Shown in pieces: positions 1-13,664 of a stretch of 64,000 bases of DNA. The notes below the pieces were generated by a model. It was given only the letters and a program-made list of their open reading frames with translations. It ran no database searches and was not told the DNA's origin. The position numbers and the translations under genes were made by a program. Location: contig JALMLS010000438.1 in assembly GCA_038496445.1 (NCBI GenBank), positions 62,001 to 126,000 of the forward strand, written 5' to 3'. The stretch is from Trichosphaerium sp. ATCC 40318. Lineage: Eukaryota; Protista; Tubulinea. Each line of letters starts with the position of its first letter. The stretch's first letter is position 1.

Positions 1-1457
1 AGCAAAGTATGTTGGTGAATTTAGTTTTGGCGAATACATCAAGTCTGGATGCGTTTATTTCAATAATGGTACAAGGTTGGATGTTAATTGGTATTTTACA
101 CTGCTCGAAGATTGTAAAATAACACACCCTGGTGAGAGAACAATTGAAGCCAAATGGAGAATCAACGAAAGCAAGTTGATCACTTTTCTTGATGTGTACC
201 AAGCCACACTTAACCTTAAACATGAGGCTCCCACAATCTGGTATATTGGTAGAAATACGTCAATATCACCATCAACCTGGACACGTGACCAGGTGCTATA
301 TGTGCTAAACAGGATCGAACCAAAGCTTGTTGACTTTTTGAAACCGCAGCAATTAAGGTACGTATTAGTGTTCGAGCTAGCAGATTCCCTTACATTTTGT
401 TTACGCACAGTGGCAAAGACTTTTTGGAATTGGAGAAAACAATGCTTGTGTCTTGGCTTAACGTACCCTTAGGGTATGCAAACAAACTTCTAGAGTACAT
501 CAGTTACCTGAAACAAGGTACACTACACCAACGCTTCGCACTTTGTTGACCTTACAAATAGGAGGATCTAGTAATCAATCAAAGCTTGTGGAACGAGGTA
601 CGCTCTCACTCTCATATGTAATCTTATATTCACATTGATCTTAGTTCCTAAAGACTCAAAGGAGTTTAAAGACTTGGAAAAAGAAGTTAAAGCAGCAACA
701 AACAATCAAATCGCTATTTACCTTCCACCACACCAACCCAAACCGCTCATGTTCATCCTTGTTGGTGCTTACCGTATTCTCAACCCCAAACTCAGGTATT
801 TACAATTAAGTTGGTTTGTTTAAAGATTTTCTAGAGACGCATATGAAAACATGAAGCAACAATTGCATGGAGACAAAAGAGAGTTCATTGGATTTCATGG
901 AACCTCGTCCTCAAATTTGAAGAGTATTTGCGAGTACGTCCTTGTGAATTTCTTATCACTATAAATCTTATCTAATACCATTGTTAGAAGCGGTTTACTT
1001 CCTGTTGGTCACGCTAAAAATACCAGCAATGCAACCGACAATGGTACGTGTTCGTATTCGCTTTTCAATCAACTAAACAGTGTGAAAAAAAAAGGATGGT
1101 TTGGTGACTGTACAAAGGGAATCTATGTATCACGATACATGGATTACAGTCTTAAATACTGTCGCCCAAATGGAGTGCTCACGCCCGTAAAATCAGGAGA
1201 TATTGTTAGATTGCTTATGTTTCGTGTTCTTCCAGGCAAAACTAACTTTGTGCAAAAAGTATGTAAACCAAAACTTGGTAGATTTTGATAGTATCATTTA
1301 GAAAACACTTGGGTTGCAACCGACACCTGGATACGACAGTAATAGCTCCCCTCGATATATGGAGTGGTTTTTATACTCATCGGACCAGGTTTTACCTGTT
1401 TATGTGCTTAAGATACGTGCTATGTACAACAACCGTACAGTGCATGATGATTTCTGA
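1..1457 (+). CDS. PARP-like ADP-ribosyltransferase domain protein, 5'-truncated by window edge, multi-exon
   Basis: Spliced translation gives FIGFHGTSSSNLKSICE...GLLPVGH...DNGWFGDCTKGIYVSRYMDYSLKY...LLMFRVLPG...PGYDSNSSPRYMEWFLYSSDQVLPVYVLKI...HDDF*. This is the H-Y-E triad of the PARP/ARTD fold. Stop TGA at 1455-1457. Confidence 0.8.
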
Positions 1458-2517
1458 TTATGAGAATTTGAAATGATTTTGTGAACGAATAAATTGTTTG
1501 TTAGATACTGGTCGTCTCAAATACCCCATTTAATGCTTTAATGCACTACTATTCAACATATAGCTTGTAACGTCATAGCTACCAGTGACATGCTAACCTT
1601 CAATTTCGATGGAATCTGTGTCCAGAATATACCGAAAGATAGAAAAAGAGAACTTCGCTAGAGTATGAAATATTTGTTTTAAACTGATTTGTTAATCTGT
1701 TTTTTCGTTGACTAGTCTGACTCACACGCTTGATCACGATGAATCACACGTTAAACGACTTTAATCAAGCGTTACCAATTACCACCATCTCATGAGTTTC
1801 ATACTTTAAGTACAAGCGATGGTACAGAACATCTAAAGGTTTGTGCAATAAGCTTTGAAAAATACCCATAAAAATACATCAAATCAAGAACAACTAATAA
1901 ATTTTGATTTGCTTGCTCTGAGTAACCCGAGAAATATGAAATTCCATATCTGTATTTGCTAGCATAAATGAAGAGTTTTCAGATAGAAAAGAGCTCCATC
2001 CGTTACTTTCTAAACGTAATAATGATATCAGCATTGCTAAAAAGTGGACTGTGTTGAAGGGTATATATATAAACGTGCAGTAGATTGTAAATGTGCGGTT
2101 GATTAAGGGGCAGCATCGCTTTTGAGACAGTTTCGAAAATTGATGTCATTTTTAACATGTAGCCAAGGTGCTATATTTATAGTTTTACAACCCAGTTTGT
2201 GATTCGTTTTATGCTGTGCCGAGGACCGACAGCCAAAGCAACTTTTTACAAAATTTCTGAAACTCAAAAGCGAAGCTGCCCTATTCCTCCATGTTCGAGC
2301 GCGTTTACACAACTTTGCATAAAGTAGCAGTACTGGCACTGACCTCAGTCGCGAGTGTTTAGGGGCACTTTTTAACGTTACCACTCACGCTGTTCTTACT
2401 GTGCGCATTGGGTACCTTGCGCATTTTCTTAAACTTATGAGATTCACTAAATTTTAGGAACTGCCTTAACAGCTTAAGTGATTGCAACTTTCAAAAAACA
2501 ACTTTGCAACTACTATC

Positions 2518-3567
2518 ATGCAGCTTATTATTGTTCTCGCTTTTGTAGCTATTACTTTCGCTCAAATATACCCAATTCCTCCATCGTTTAAAAGCGTTCA
2601 GTTCGAGTTTACCGCAAAACAAGTTATGTCAGGTCAGCCTTCATTGGCAAGTAACGGTACATGGGCATACATGGGTTCTGCACCAAATGATTTCAAACTT
2701 GTACGCCTTTTACGCCTTTTTGCAGTTTATTCTCCCAAAAGCGTTGTTATACGTTGCAACCGTAATTCTACGCTCGTTTCTTGTTAATAGACGCTTCTGT
2801 GTACTAGTCTAACTTCGCTTTAGTATTTGGATGTTACCATGGAAACTATTACAAACACTGGACTTGTCATTGAATCTCCTTCAGCGGTAAGTAGAAAACC
2901 AACTACCAGAATTTTGCTCAGAAAATTACTTATCTTGCCTCAATTTTATCGCACTGCCCCTTTGAGCGTACAACGGGCAAGCGAAAGCTAGAATCGTTAG
3001 CTTTAAAGCGAAGCAATCGGCCCCGCCTAAAAACCAAAAAATTCTCGAGCTTTTTTTGCTTCGGAGACTCAACACTGTCTGAAATCTTATCTGTTTTACA
3101 TAGAGAACTCAATACAACATCAACCCTACAAATGGACAATGTCAAGAATCTTCTGAGCCTCTACCAAACCCAAGTGATCCAGTATGCAACTGGTCTCAGG
3201 TACGCGCAGAGGAAAAATGTAATAACTCTTCACGATGACTAACGAAGTTATTTTTAGACTGGAAGAGAATGGGAACAAGCTTGCTCTGGTCCTGGTGTAA
3301 CTATCCTATCTCACGTACTCATTGATAGCAACGGAGATATCAGCCATATAACTACTGAAGTCACTGTTGCTGGTCAAACTCTAACAGCTGAATACACAAT
3401 AACAAATACTCTTGCTCCACCTACTGCTGCAACATTTGAAGTACGGTTTTTATTTTTTTTTATTGTTTCGACTCATAGTTGCTGACTACTTCTGTTTTTA
3501 GATCCCAGCTTCATGCAACAGCTCATTTAAACTATCAAGCGTACAACAACTACTCAATAGATTCTAA
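2518..3567 (+). CDS. Secreted ependymin-related (EPDR/LolA-fold-like) protein, 5 exons
   Basis: Signal peptide MQLIIVLAFVAITFA. GT-AG spliced exons give a beta-rich ~190 aa protein with GQCQE and a C-terminal PPTAATFEIPASC, resembling the ependymin P..F..P..C motif. Confidence 0.6.
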
Positions 3568-3821
3568 TTGAGTACAAACGAAGTCTTGTAACCGCTTTTT
3601 TTTTTCTTGCAATAAAACTGTCCGTTTTATTCAAATTCACTCGTTTGTTGTTATCTTGAAAGTATGGTTGGCTCTTGAGCGTAGTATACAAACCATGGAT
3701 CGCCTTGTGTTAGTGTAGTTTTAAACCATAAGAGGCAAGGAGAGCATGTGTTTGCTACATTTGGCGTCAATCAAAGGTTTTCACAATCGCTGTTGTCTCA
3801 TAACTTAAATGGGCGAACCAG

Positions 3822-4352
3822 TCATGTTAACGCTGTGAGCAAGCAATTTTTAAGTACACGATACAAGTGGTTACGACTATAACGGAACACGTGACATATT
3901 AATAGGCAGAACAAAGAAATGCAAGTGTATTTATTAGAACAATGTGTCACGTATGTGACATTTTTACCAATAGGTTGGTGATGAACCTCCGAAACCTGAG
4001 TCATTGTCTACAACACGGCAACCATCAGCGCCCTTACCGCATTTCATTACCTTATGGTTTACGTCATAGTCATGAGAGAATACCCAAGGTAGAGCATCAA
4101 CACTTCTTGTTGTAAGATTGAATGCTGCTGATACAGATGGTGCAGCTACTTCATGATAATAGCAAAATAAATGGGCCAAGTTTGAGTGCGAAACAACTTT
4201 AGGAATTATTATGTGTGCAACTTGGAAAGGTTTGCCCCAGCGCTGACTTCTGGGCAGTATTTGTAGTCGTACTGTTGTAGGAAGTTACTGTTCCAGTTGA
4301 GTCCAACAACGCATGTTGTAAGAGCGATGATAAAGATTGTGACGTGGCGCAT
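3822..4352 (-). pseudogene. Degraded secreted atypical-kinase-like gene (FAM20/four-jointed-like motifs)
   Basis: Signal-peptide-like MRHVTIFIIALTTCVVG, then frameshifted segments IIPKV..YYHEVAAPSVSAAFNL..HDYDVNH..CRVVDNDSGF..ICHVFRYSRNHLYRVL. Contains stops and frameshifts and is too short for a full kinase. Confidence 0.3.
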
Positions 4353-5905
4353 TTGTTGTACTGGGTAGTTAATTATGAATGGAGAAATGTAAGCATAAAG
4401 TTAAGAAAAATCGATTATTTCCTCCGTTACGAGCATTACTGTAGAATTCCGAGCTTGACTAGGTTAAAATCAGTGGCTTGCTTTAATATCATACGCTGGT
4501 AATACGCACGAAGTGTTATTAGTCGCAATACTAGCGACTTACAAACTAAAAACGCCGATACTTATTTATCTTTTTACCAGCGATTTCACGGTGATACAAG
4601 ACCAGTCTTTTTGTTACCATCAAGCCATGAGACTACAAGCTATACCGTAAAGCGGGTAAATGGACGAAAACAATAAGCAGTACATTGTTTGGTGTGTCAC
4701 GCGTTTGTACACTCTCGGGAACATAATTCTTAATTTGCTTTCCACATTGCTTTTTTAGGAAAGTTCCAATTTAGGAAAGAACATTTCCTGCGCCCATTAC
4801 AAAAGGCCCAGTGCGTCTGGAATTTGATCACATAGTGTGCAAAGGTGTTAGAGAGTAAAATAGATACACTACACTTGCGGAGAAACATAGCAAACTTGTT
4901 TACCAAACAGCTGGAATAACGCTCTTACGCGTTTTTATACCTAACAAGACTCAAGCAAATGGTCGCTCTTATCCAGTTTTTACTTGGGCCAAGCAACACT
5001 ATCACACTACTCCGTTGAGGGCTTATTGAACTAGTAAACACTACCAGCGCTTTTTGAGCGATCAACGCCTCTATTCTCCTTGCGCTATTTTATTTTAACG
5101 CTAAGCCTACTTTTTACAAGGCCACTAGTGTAGTGCGCATGTGACTTTCTGTACTTATGCCCATGTAAAGTACTCCATATGGATACACTATTTTTTTAGC
5201 TTGCAGAGTTGCAAAAGGCTACCTATGTTCACAAACCATCTCGAAAAATAGGCTCTCGCTAGCACAAAATAGCGATATTTCAAGTCAAATTCTTCATGGC
5301 AATCAAGCAGTACTGCTAGCGTGCTCGTTATATTATTTGGAAAAGCCGATTGCTTTGGACTGGGCTAAACAAGCCCAATTGGCAATATACAGCTTACAAT
5401 ATGTAACTACACTGTCGCTTTTCAGTGGTTAGTACGCTGTGTTCCCTGTTCATTGCGAAACTAGGTCCAAACAAACATTGATTTTTGAGAGCAAGCGTTC
5501 GGTTTTCAGCATAACTTCAGTAGTTAATGTCGCCGAAATTTGTGTACTGTTGCTCAGCTTGTATTCATATAGCGAGTACCAGTATCAAGTACAAACAGTA
5601 CCATCAATTATTTATACGTCAGGTTGATTTTGAATACCTCGGTTTGTGAACACGTTCGTTCTCACTACTATGATATTGTGAGTTGAAAGAAAGTGTGTAG
5701 ATCACGTTCCTTGATACAATACAACCTTCCATGTACTGTGTGTTTCTTGTTTCTATGTGTAATATCTATATGAGTCTAGTAGAAGTAAGATAAGATTAGA
5801 TACCTTTAAATATCAAAATTTGGCTGCACCTTTGGCACGTGATTTTTTTAAAATCATCCTTGGTCAAAGGAAGCGCTTCTTCAAATAATTCTTACCAGCA
5901 ATACC

Positions 5906-7399
5906 ATGTCGAAGAGTTTATATATGTCATCACTACCACGGGAGATAGTACAAGAGATTCTGAGTTTTTTGCGCTCGTCAAATCTTAAATCAATATCCTT
6001 AGCTTGTAAGCAGTTTCTGCACATTGTGCGAAACGATATTGGCTTCCATAACACCTTAGTAACAGTGTACAACGTATTACCTCTAAACATGGCCAAAGGA
6101 CTGTTAAAATCAACCCACATTCATATACCCAAGCTAATGAAGCCAGATGTACTTGCTTTTCTTAGTGAGGCAAGAAAATTGAGGATAGACATCAAAAACA
6201 TCACTGATGGTGCCATAAAATACTTAACAAACGTCCGTAAACTCAGTATTGGTCATTTCAGCACTATCTCAGACGCTGGTTTATCTGCACTTTCAAATAT
6301 CACAAACCTTTCATTATTTCTTTCGGAAAGAATTACTCCAACAGGTCTTCTATCACTCTCTAGACTAAGAAAAATACAACTATGTGGTGACTGTGTTAAG
6401 GATAGTCATCTGGAAGCTATATCTGGAGTGCCAATCATCAATTTATCATTTTGTTGTAATGTCACTGATGAAGGTATTCAGTTTCTGTCCGGCGTTAAAA
6501 AAATAACAATCAACAGGTGTAACCAAGTAACTGATAAAGGGTATGCATCATTGGCAGGTGTCACGGAAGCACACCTTATACCTGGTTGTAGGTCAGGATC
6601 GAACTATTTGAAAGCTCCTGGAATGAAAGCGCTTGCTGGCATTAAAAAGCTTGTTATTCCTTTCAACATGTATTTAACTACTGAAGGCGTGTCAGCGCTT
6701 CGGGGTATACATACTATAGATATACGCCAAAGCAACGTTAAAGATAAGTGTATGAAAGCACTGTCAGGTGTTCACACTATTGACATTAGTGAGACAAGAA
6801 TAACTAGTGCAGGTCTTCAGCACCTACAAGGTGTACACACCATCCGATTGGATTACTGCTTTTTGGTATCGTCTCTTGGTATCTCATACCTTGCAGGTGT
6901 ACATACAATATCGTTATGCGGTTGTGACTTAATCACTGATGAAGGTGTCTCAACATTGAGTGGAGTAAAAACGATAAATCTGGATAGGTGCTATAAAATA
7001 ACCGACTTGTCTTTGAAAGCATTAAAAGGTGTTGAAGAGGTCAAACTTGACTATTGTGATAAGATCACAGATGAAGGTTTAAAGTATATTTCAGGAGCAT
7101 ATGATGTCAGTTTGGTATATTGTACCGAAATTACAGATATAGGTATAAGACACCTCATCGGAGTTAGAAAACTTGATATTTCTGGCTGCGACTATATTAC
7201 AAATAACAGCATTATACCTCTGTATGGTATACAAGAGTTGAAAGCAGACGGTTGTCATCTTATCAATGACTACGGAATCTTATATTTATTTGGTCCTCTC
7301 AAGCATTGCAGCTGTGATTCTGTGTCACAAAGGATGGCTTATTTCTTTTTTAAATCTTGTGGTACTGTGATAGTGAATGGAAAGGCGCCCTTGTACTGA
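5906..7399 (+). CDS. F-box/LRR-repeat protein (intronless)
   Basis: N-terminal F-box (SSLPREIVQEILSFL...SLACKQF) followed by ~17 Cys-containing-type LRRs (GVHTIxLxxCxxITDEGxxxL); 497 aa ORF. Confidence 0.92.
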   Translation: MSKSLYMSSLPREIVQEILSFLRSSNLKSISLACKQFLHIVRNDIGFHNTLVTVYNVLPLNMAKGLLKSTHIHIPKLMKPDVLAFLSEARKLRIDIKNITDGAIKYLTNVRKLSIGHFSTISDAGLSALSNITNLSLFLSERITPTGLLSLSRLRKIQLCGDCVKDSHLEAISGVPIINLSFCCNVTDEGIQFLSGVKKITINRCNQVTDKGYASLAGVTEAHLIPGCRSGSNYLKAPGMKALAGIKKLVIPFNMYLTTEGVSALRGIHTIDIRQSNVKDKCMKALSGVHTIDISETRITSAGLQHLQGVHTIRLDYCFLVSSLGISYLAGVHTISLCGCDLITDEGVSTLSGVKTINLDRCYKITDLSLKALKGVEEVKLDYCDKITDEGLKYISGAYDVSLVYCTEITDIGIRHLIGVRKLDISGCDYITNNSIIPLYGIQELKADGCHLINDYGILYLFGPLKHCSCDSVSQRMAYFFFKSCGTVIVNGKAPLY

Positions 7400-7651
7400 C
7401 ATCTAGAACAATGTTTACCATAAGCAACCCAATACGAAGATAATCTGAACCATCATATGTTTTGTTGTAGTCACGTGATTCTTTGTAAACAGCTTTTGGT
7501 TTCAAATAATTCAAAAGCTGTTCAGCGTATTTTTCCTACCCCTCTGAATAAGGTATTTGGGTGGCAAATACACTTTCCAAGTAAAGTTGTTCGCCAGTTG
7601 GAGCTTCTCTTGTAACCTCACAAGGGGTTTTGTAAAACGTGCTTGAAAGAT

Positions 7652-9271
7652 ATGGATACTACAAGGTCTGTGGACTGAGTATACAGTACTTTAGACGTCT
7701 AACTTTAAACTAGCGCGAAAAAAGAGCTGCAGAGCATTAATCTCTTAACTAAGAGTAGTAACATACTATACCTACCCGTAGAAATGATTTGCGCAATCTT
7801 AAAGCAAGCAACACCAAAATCTTTATTTACAGCAGCGCAAACATGCTGGACAATAGCCAATATGATACACAACAACGTAGGATACTTAAAAATAACTATT
7901 AAACCATCAGATATCCCGTACATAGTCAAATTTCAAGGAATTATGAATAACACTCAAATCAAACTAAGCGAGTATATCCCACCAACATTTAACATCGATA
8001 ATGCTATCAAGTCATTATCAAGCGCACGTAATATACACTTACCAAACCTTGAGTTTACAAATGAAGCTATTTTATCTCTTACTGGGCTTTACAAGATTAA
8101 CCTTCAAAATACTAATGTTGGAGATGATGCACTTAAAGCGCTTTCAGGTGTACACAATATAAACCTGAACTATTGCGTAAATATTACAGATGAGGGCGTA
8201 AAACAATTAACACGTGTTCATACATTATCTCTAATGTACACTTGTGTTACTGATGATAGTATTAAGCACTTAAAAGATGTATCAGTGTTAAGTGTATCAA
8301 ATACACTAGTCACTGATGAATCGATTAAGTGTATTGCAAAAGGTAAAACAAAGCTTTTTCTAGAAGGAACAACAATAACAGATGACTCTGTTAAAGAAAT
8401 AGCGAAGCATGGTACTATTGAGAGTATTGTTCTTGCAAAGACATCTGTAACAGATGACAGTATCAAGCTGTTGTCTGGACTTAAGTTCATTAGCTTAAGG
8501 AAGACAAGTGTAACGGATAAGGGTGTTTCAAGTCTAGCTGGTATACATACTTGTCTGTTAACTAGAACGAAAGTAACTGATGAAGGTATAAAGGCACTGG
8601 CTGGTGTACACAAGATTACCCTTGGATGTACCAAAGTTACTGATGATGGTATCATAGCACTCAAAGGAGTTCATGAGATTCATCTCAATCACACGTCAGT
8701 TACTGATAGAGGAATAAAGGCGTTAGCAGGTGTTCATACAATATGGCTTAATTACACTCAAGTTACTGATGAAGGTATCAAGGCACTTGCTGGAGTACAT
8801 AAAATAAGCCTTAAGTCTACCAAAGTTACAGATGAAGGTGTAAGAGCACTTGCTGGAGCGAAAACATGTGACTTAAGTGAAACTTCTGTTACAGATGATG
8901 GTATCAAGGCATTGGCTGGTGTCAGTAAAATTATTCTACATGATACTGCAGTTACAGATGAGGGCGTAAAGGCTTTGGCTGGTGTTCATACTATTGTACT
9001 TCGTGGGACAAATATCACTGATGAAAGCTTGAAGGCTTTGGTAGGTGTGAACACCATTAATTTGGAAAGTACAGCTGTCACAGATGAAGGAGTAAAGGCA
9101 TTAGTAGGTGTTCAGTGTATAAACATTACAAACACTCGAGTGACAGATGAAGCTATAAAATCACTTAGCAGTTTACAGGTAGTCACTTTTGGTGCGGATG
9201 ACGCACACAATGGGTTTGATGATACACTTCGTTATTTAATTGCTAAAGGGATGGACGTTCGATACAAATAA
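7652..9271 (+). CDS. F-box/LRR-repeat protein
   Basis: ATG at 7652; intron 7666-7713 restores the frame (MDTTSAKKELQ...) and a complete F-box (LYLPVEMICAILKQ...AAQTCW). About 18 21-aa LRRs follow (LAGVHxIxLxxTxVTDEGIKA). Confidence 0.9.
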
Positions 9272-9477
9272 AGTATCAAAACATAGTTTGTCAACACTTT
9301 GTGGCCAAATATTCAAACTAATTTTTATGGCTAATGTGCCATGATTTAACAATTTTAATTGTAAGAGAAAACAGTAGTTTTATACATAAACTAGTTTACA
9401 AGTCACGAGCACATAGTTTTAATTTCTTTTGGTAAAAATCAAGTAGTAATTCAGACTTAACGGCATAAACTACTAAG

Positions 9478-12351
9478 TTAGAATCTACCTTGTAACCTTC
9501 TGTTTTTTTTCGTGTTCTTCTTGGTGCTCTTTTGTTGTTTCCTGTTCTGTTGTGTTTTACGGTTAGGTTGCTGTCTTGGTCTATGTCTGGAAACCACCGG
9601 AAATACAAGTTCTTTCATCGGTGTCGGATTTATTAATTCTTCCTTATGACCAACAATGAACTGAGCAATACCAGTTCCCCAACTTAAAGAAAAAATCAGC
9701 TTTTTAACAGGAACAAGGAAACAACGTAATACTCAGTGAGTAATGAAAGCTGTACCTTTGAGCAAGAGAAGCATTACCGTTGCACTTTTCGTGCAGGCTA
9801 CCAAATTTTGACGCAATTGGGTTGTAGTAATCATGAATGAACGATACACATTCTTGGTCGCTCTTCAATGACAGCATTTTTGATACATAATAAGCATATC
9901 CAGGACTCACTTCCTTGCGAAGTCTTCCAGAAGATATCTGCTGTTTAGTCCAAGAAATAGCTTGAGCCAAGTAGGAAGAGCCTAGCGTCGATGAAGCTAT
10001 CGTGATAGTAGCTTGGATACCTAGTTTGCGAAACAATTAGTTTAAGTCTCTTTTTGTGAACTTAATACTTACTTATCTTTTCATTGCTTCCTTTCGGAAG
10101 CAGTGTCCATCCTGACTGATCCCAAAAGGTATCATGGAATGACTCTTGAGAAATCTGATAGCCAAAGGACTCCGGTATATGGTTGTATCTCTTCAATAAA
10201 ACAATCAAGTCAAACCACATTACATTACAAATGGAATGAGGTTCCGTAATAGTTGTACCACCTCTATTTAGCCGTTCATCATGGAAATTCCAATCTATGA
10301 AGTACCAGCCTAGGTGTACAAATGATAAGCCTTCGTGATCTCTAGCTTAATCTGAATAGCGTACCTTGCATGCCCGCAATGATACTCTTTAGTGTAAAAG
10401 TGTTTGGTCCAGAACTTAATAGATTGAAGTATTGCTTGCTTCACAACTTTATCATTCAAGTCTGGATCATGTTCAAGAGCTGTCAAGCAAAATGACAAGT
10501 GATATGTCGGCATGCACAACTCGCCTAGGTAGCTTATCTTTTTAACTGGCCAAGCACCCATAACCATTCCTTTGTTAGGCAAGTACGACTGCGCAATCTG
10601 ATGAAGAGCAAGATCAATAACCTAATGTTTTTTAGGTTCCATTGTTTGTACTAAATCGATTATACAAACCTCTCTAGCTTCAGATAAAGCACGAATACCG
10701 ATACAACTGTATCTCAAATCTCCTGTCCACTGCGCTCTTTCTCTCCAGCAGTTGTCGATAATTCCTATTGTGACAACTTAGAAAAAGAACAATAACCTTA
10801 AAAAGCAAAAGATCAGTACCTCCATCCACGCAAGCCACAAGGTTTGCTTTACAAGCATCAACTATCTATTGCAATGTTTAATAAACAACGCTTTATGGTT
10901 GTAACTTACTCTTTGGTGCTCTGCTTCAACAAAGATATCCTTACGCCATCTCATAGGGTATTCTCTTCTCCATGTTTTTAATAAAGGAACAGCGTTCTGT
11001 TGTTCTTTCTTGTAAATAACATGGACATATCTGAAACCTCTAAGGCCATTCAAACATACATCATGTAATCCTAAAGGCTATTTTGAGACAACACGTTCTA
11101 GTGCCTAAGCATCAAAAACAGCTCACCTGGCATTACACAATCAGCTAAATGGACTTTTGCTCGATTGTGACTCTTCCAACCTTCATGGAATTTTGGTACT
11201 TCTCTGGTGAACAATGTTAAACCAAAACGTTATTTGTTACAACAGAAAACAATCGAAAGAACAGAAGTGGTGCCGAGCAGACCGCTTGGTTTTTAGGTGT
11301 CAATATACACTTTGCGTACGTACAGTAAAGAACAACAGGACTTCTGAGACTTGATGTATCGATAACTATTCTATAGAGAGCCACTGTCAACAGGTCGTAC
11401 GTTACACACCTACAAAAAGTCATCAATAAAAACCACCGTTACTTTCTCAAAAAATTCTTATTTACAAAGAAATCGTACTGAATTCCTTGAGGCAAGTACT
11501 CTTCATTACGAACGTATAAAACCAGATTATCTACAGTCTCAGGCTCAAATCGAGCCTTTGATCTACCTAAATAAAGAGTTACTTCTTACTTGTACGTTGT
11601 CAAGTGTACCTCGAAGTTGAATAGATTGTACTAGAACAGGCTTAACTGAAACATATTGACATTTCTTTAATGGATTTAAAACCATCTTCCATTGACTCCA
11701 AGAGCGCCAATTAGGACCACACGTGGATACATCTATTCTTTTCATAGCCTTTTTATATTTGTACAGTGGAAGGACACTTGATACAAGAAGAGGTTGACTT
11801 CCGACATGTGTTTGTCGAGATAACTGAGAGCTCATCTTTGCTGGATGAAAAGTAGTTGATACGTCAATATAACAACGCCATAAGTATGAGTCGGTAACAT
11901 CACACAAGAAAGGATCTGTAAAGAGGCATCTGAACCAAATACTAGTGTTTTTTGGGCACATCCAATGGACACGGATCTAAGTCAAACATGTTTTAGAGTT
12001 TAACCCATAAACAAGACGAAAAGCGTTTTATACGCGGAGTTAAACAATAAGAAGTCTATTACCTGTATTTTAGAGTTGTTTAGTATGTCTTGCCATCTAT
12101 CTACTAAAACTTCGTTTGGAACGCATCTATGCCCTCCATCACCTACGAAATTCCCATCCATGTATATTTCGTAAGGAAAGTTACATGCTAGAACTAATTC
12201 ACCATTGCCTTTTCCACGCGTTTCAAATACTATCAATTGCTCATCATATACCTCATACGTATTGTTTAAGCGCTGTTTTATTTGTTTTGGCGCTATTCTC
12301 GTTATGTATTGTCTTAAACGCTTGCAATGTAGTTGCTGTTGCTTTAGCCAT
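9478..12351 (-). CDS. Glycoside hydrolase family 78 (alpha-L-rhamnosidase-like) protein, multi-exon; start uncertain
   Basis: N-terminal PYEIYMDGNFVGDGGHR; catalytic-region motif IIDNCWRERAQWTGDLR (GH78 D..RER..W.GD); FIDW; C-terminal SLHEK..NASLA.SWG; ends in a basic tail ..NRRLQGRF*. Confidence 0.75.
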
Positions 12352-12565
12352 GTTTGGTTTATTAAATAAAGGTAAATGAGCAGCAAAATTTCTCTACAGT
12401 TCACGAACCTTTTTTGGCAGAAATAACGAATTTTTCTGTACACGTGTTGATTTCTATTCCGATTGAAAGAAAACTGGAATGTTTCATAACAAATACAAAA
12501 CGTTCCTGTCACGCGTACTATCAGCTATTGTCATAGTACGTGTACTACGACTCGAAATTCACCGA

Positions 12566-12888
12566 ATGATACAACTTCCACGGACGAGCTACTTGGATTT
12601 ATGGGAACTGTTTCATGAACTAAGTGTGCTTGCTTACTTCGGATGTACGTGTGAACTATAAATTAGCGTCTCTTCTAAGTAGACAAACATACAGCTCAAG
12701 TTCGAGAATTCGCACGACAACGTCCACAACGTGGAAGAGCTTACATACTTGCTCGAGCCCAAGCACAACCACGAGAGAACGCACGACGCTATGAGGATGC
12801 GGTAAATAACAAAACCGCCAGCCGACATCAAAATAACAGACCAGAACCGAAATCGGTTCCAGCGGCGAACAGTTCAATGAGAAACTAG
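12566..12888 (+). CDS. Possible small hypothetical protein (~94 aa, 2 exons)
   Basis: ATG at 12566; a GTACGT...TAG intron (~12645-12682) joins two open frames: MIQLPRTSYLDLWELFHEL...YKHTAQVREFARQRP...SSMRN*. No recognisable domain. Confidence 0.25.
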
Positions 12889-13195
12889 CAACACTCCTTT
12901 GAGAAAGCCGTGAGCCTACAAAAATAATAACTCTACTCCACCGCTACCAAAACTCCTTGAACTAAAAATGGAAATAAAACTTGTACACCTTTCTTTGTTT
13001 GTTTTTGCAGAATCAGTGCTTGGAGAACGACCAATAAAACCTACAGTTGTTAGAGGGGTCGTTTGGGATAAGGATAACGAGTAGTAAGTAGGGTAAGGCC
13101 ACGTGATAAATTTCTTTATTTGACCGCTGTTTCCCAGTTTTTGTATCTTGTGAACATCTTTTAGATATTTTAGACTCTCATTTGTGAATTTGGTG

Positions 13196-13664
13196 AAGCC
13201 AAGTAGAATTGTATGTACACCTTAATGCTTTATTCCTTCATCTGTAACTCTAGCACAACTGATGAGGGTAATACTATGTACACCCTTCAATGCTTTGATA
13301 CCTTCACAGAAGTGAGAGAAAGGTGAATGGTTGAACACCTTTCAACGCTTTAATACCTTCATCTCCCATTGAAGTGCAGAAACCAAGATCAATTTCATGA
13401 ACTCCAGCAAGTGCTTCAAGATCACGATCATTGATTGTACTCCCATAACGCGCTGTGATCTTACGACATCCAACCAACATTGAATGTAATGTGTTTGGGA
13501 GCGTAGCGGTTATGGCGGGTTGTCTTAGAAAATGACGCGATTTATTTAGGGAGTACAAGGAGGGGGGGTGTTAGTTGATAGGGATCGAAAGCTAGTGTTG
13601 GTCGTAGCTTTTCAACTCCCTCGCCTTTGGTGTTTTCCGCTGCGGAAAAATAGTTCATCGGCAT
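13196..13664 (-). pseudogene. F-box/LRR pseudogene fragment
   Basis: Remnant F-box (PLLVLPK*IASF) and 3-4 LRRs (LAGVHEIDLGFCTSMGDEGIKALKGV; KGVHSITLISCARVTDEGIK) interrupted by stops and frameshifts. Confidence 0.8.

Noticed and set aside
8218-8664. Antisense ORFs over LRR genes and over the 47.8-50.9 kb surface-protein gene
   Set aside because: Shadow ORFs caused by repeat structure and codon bias on the coding strand.
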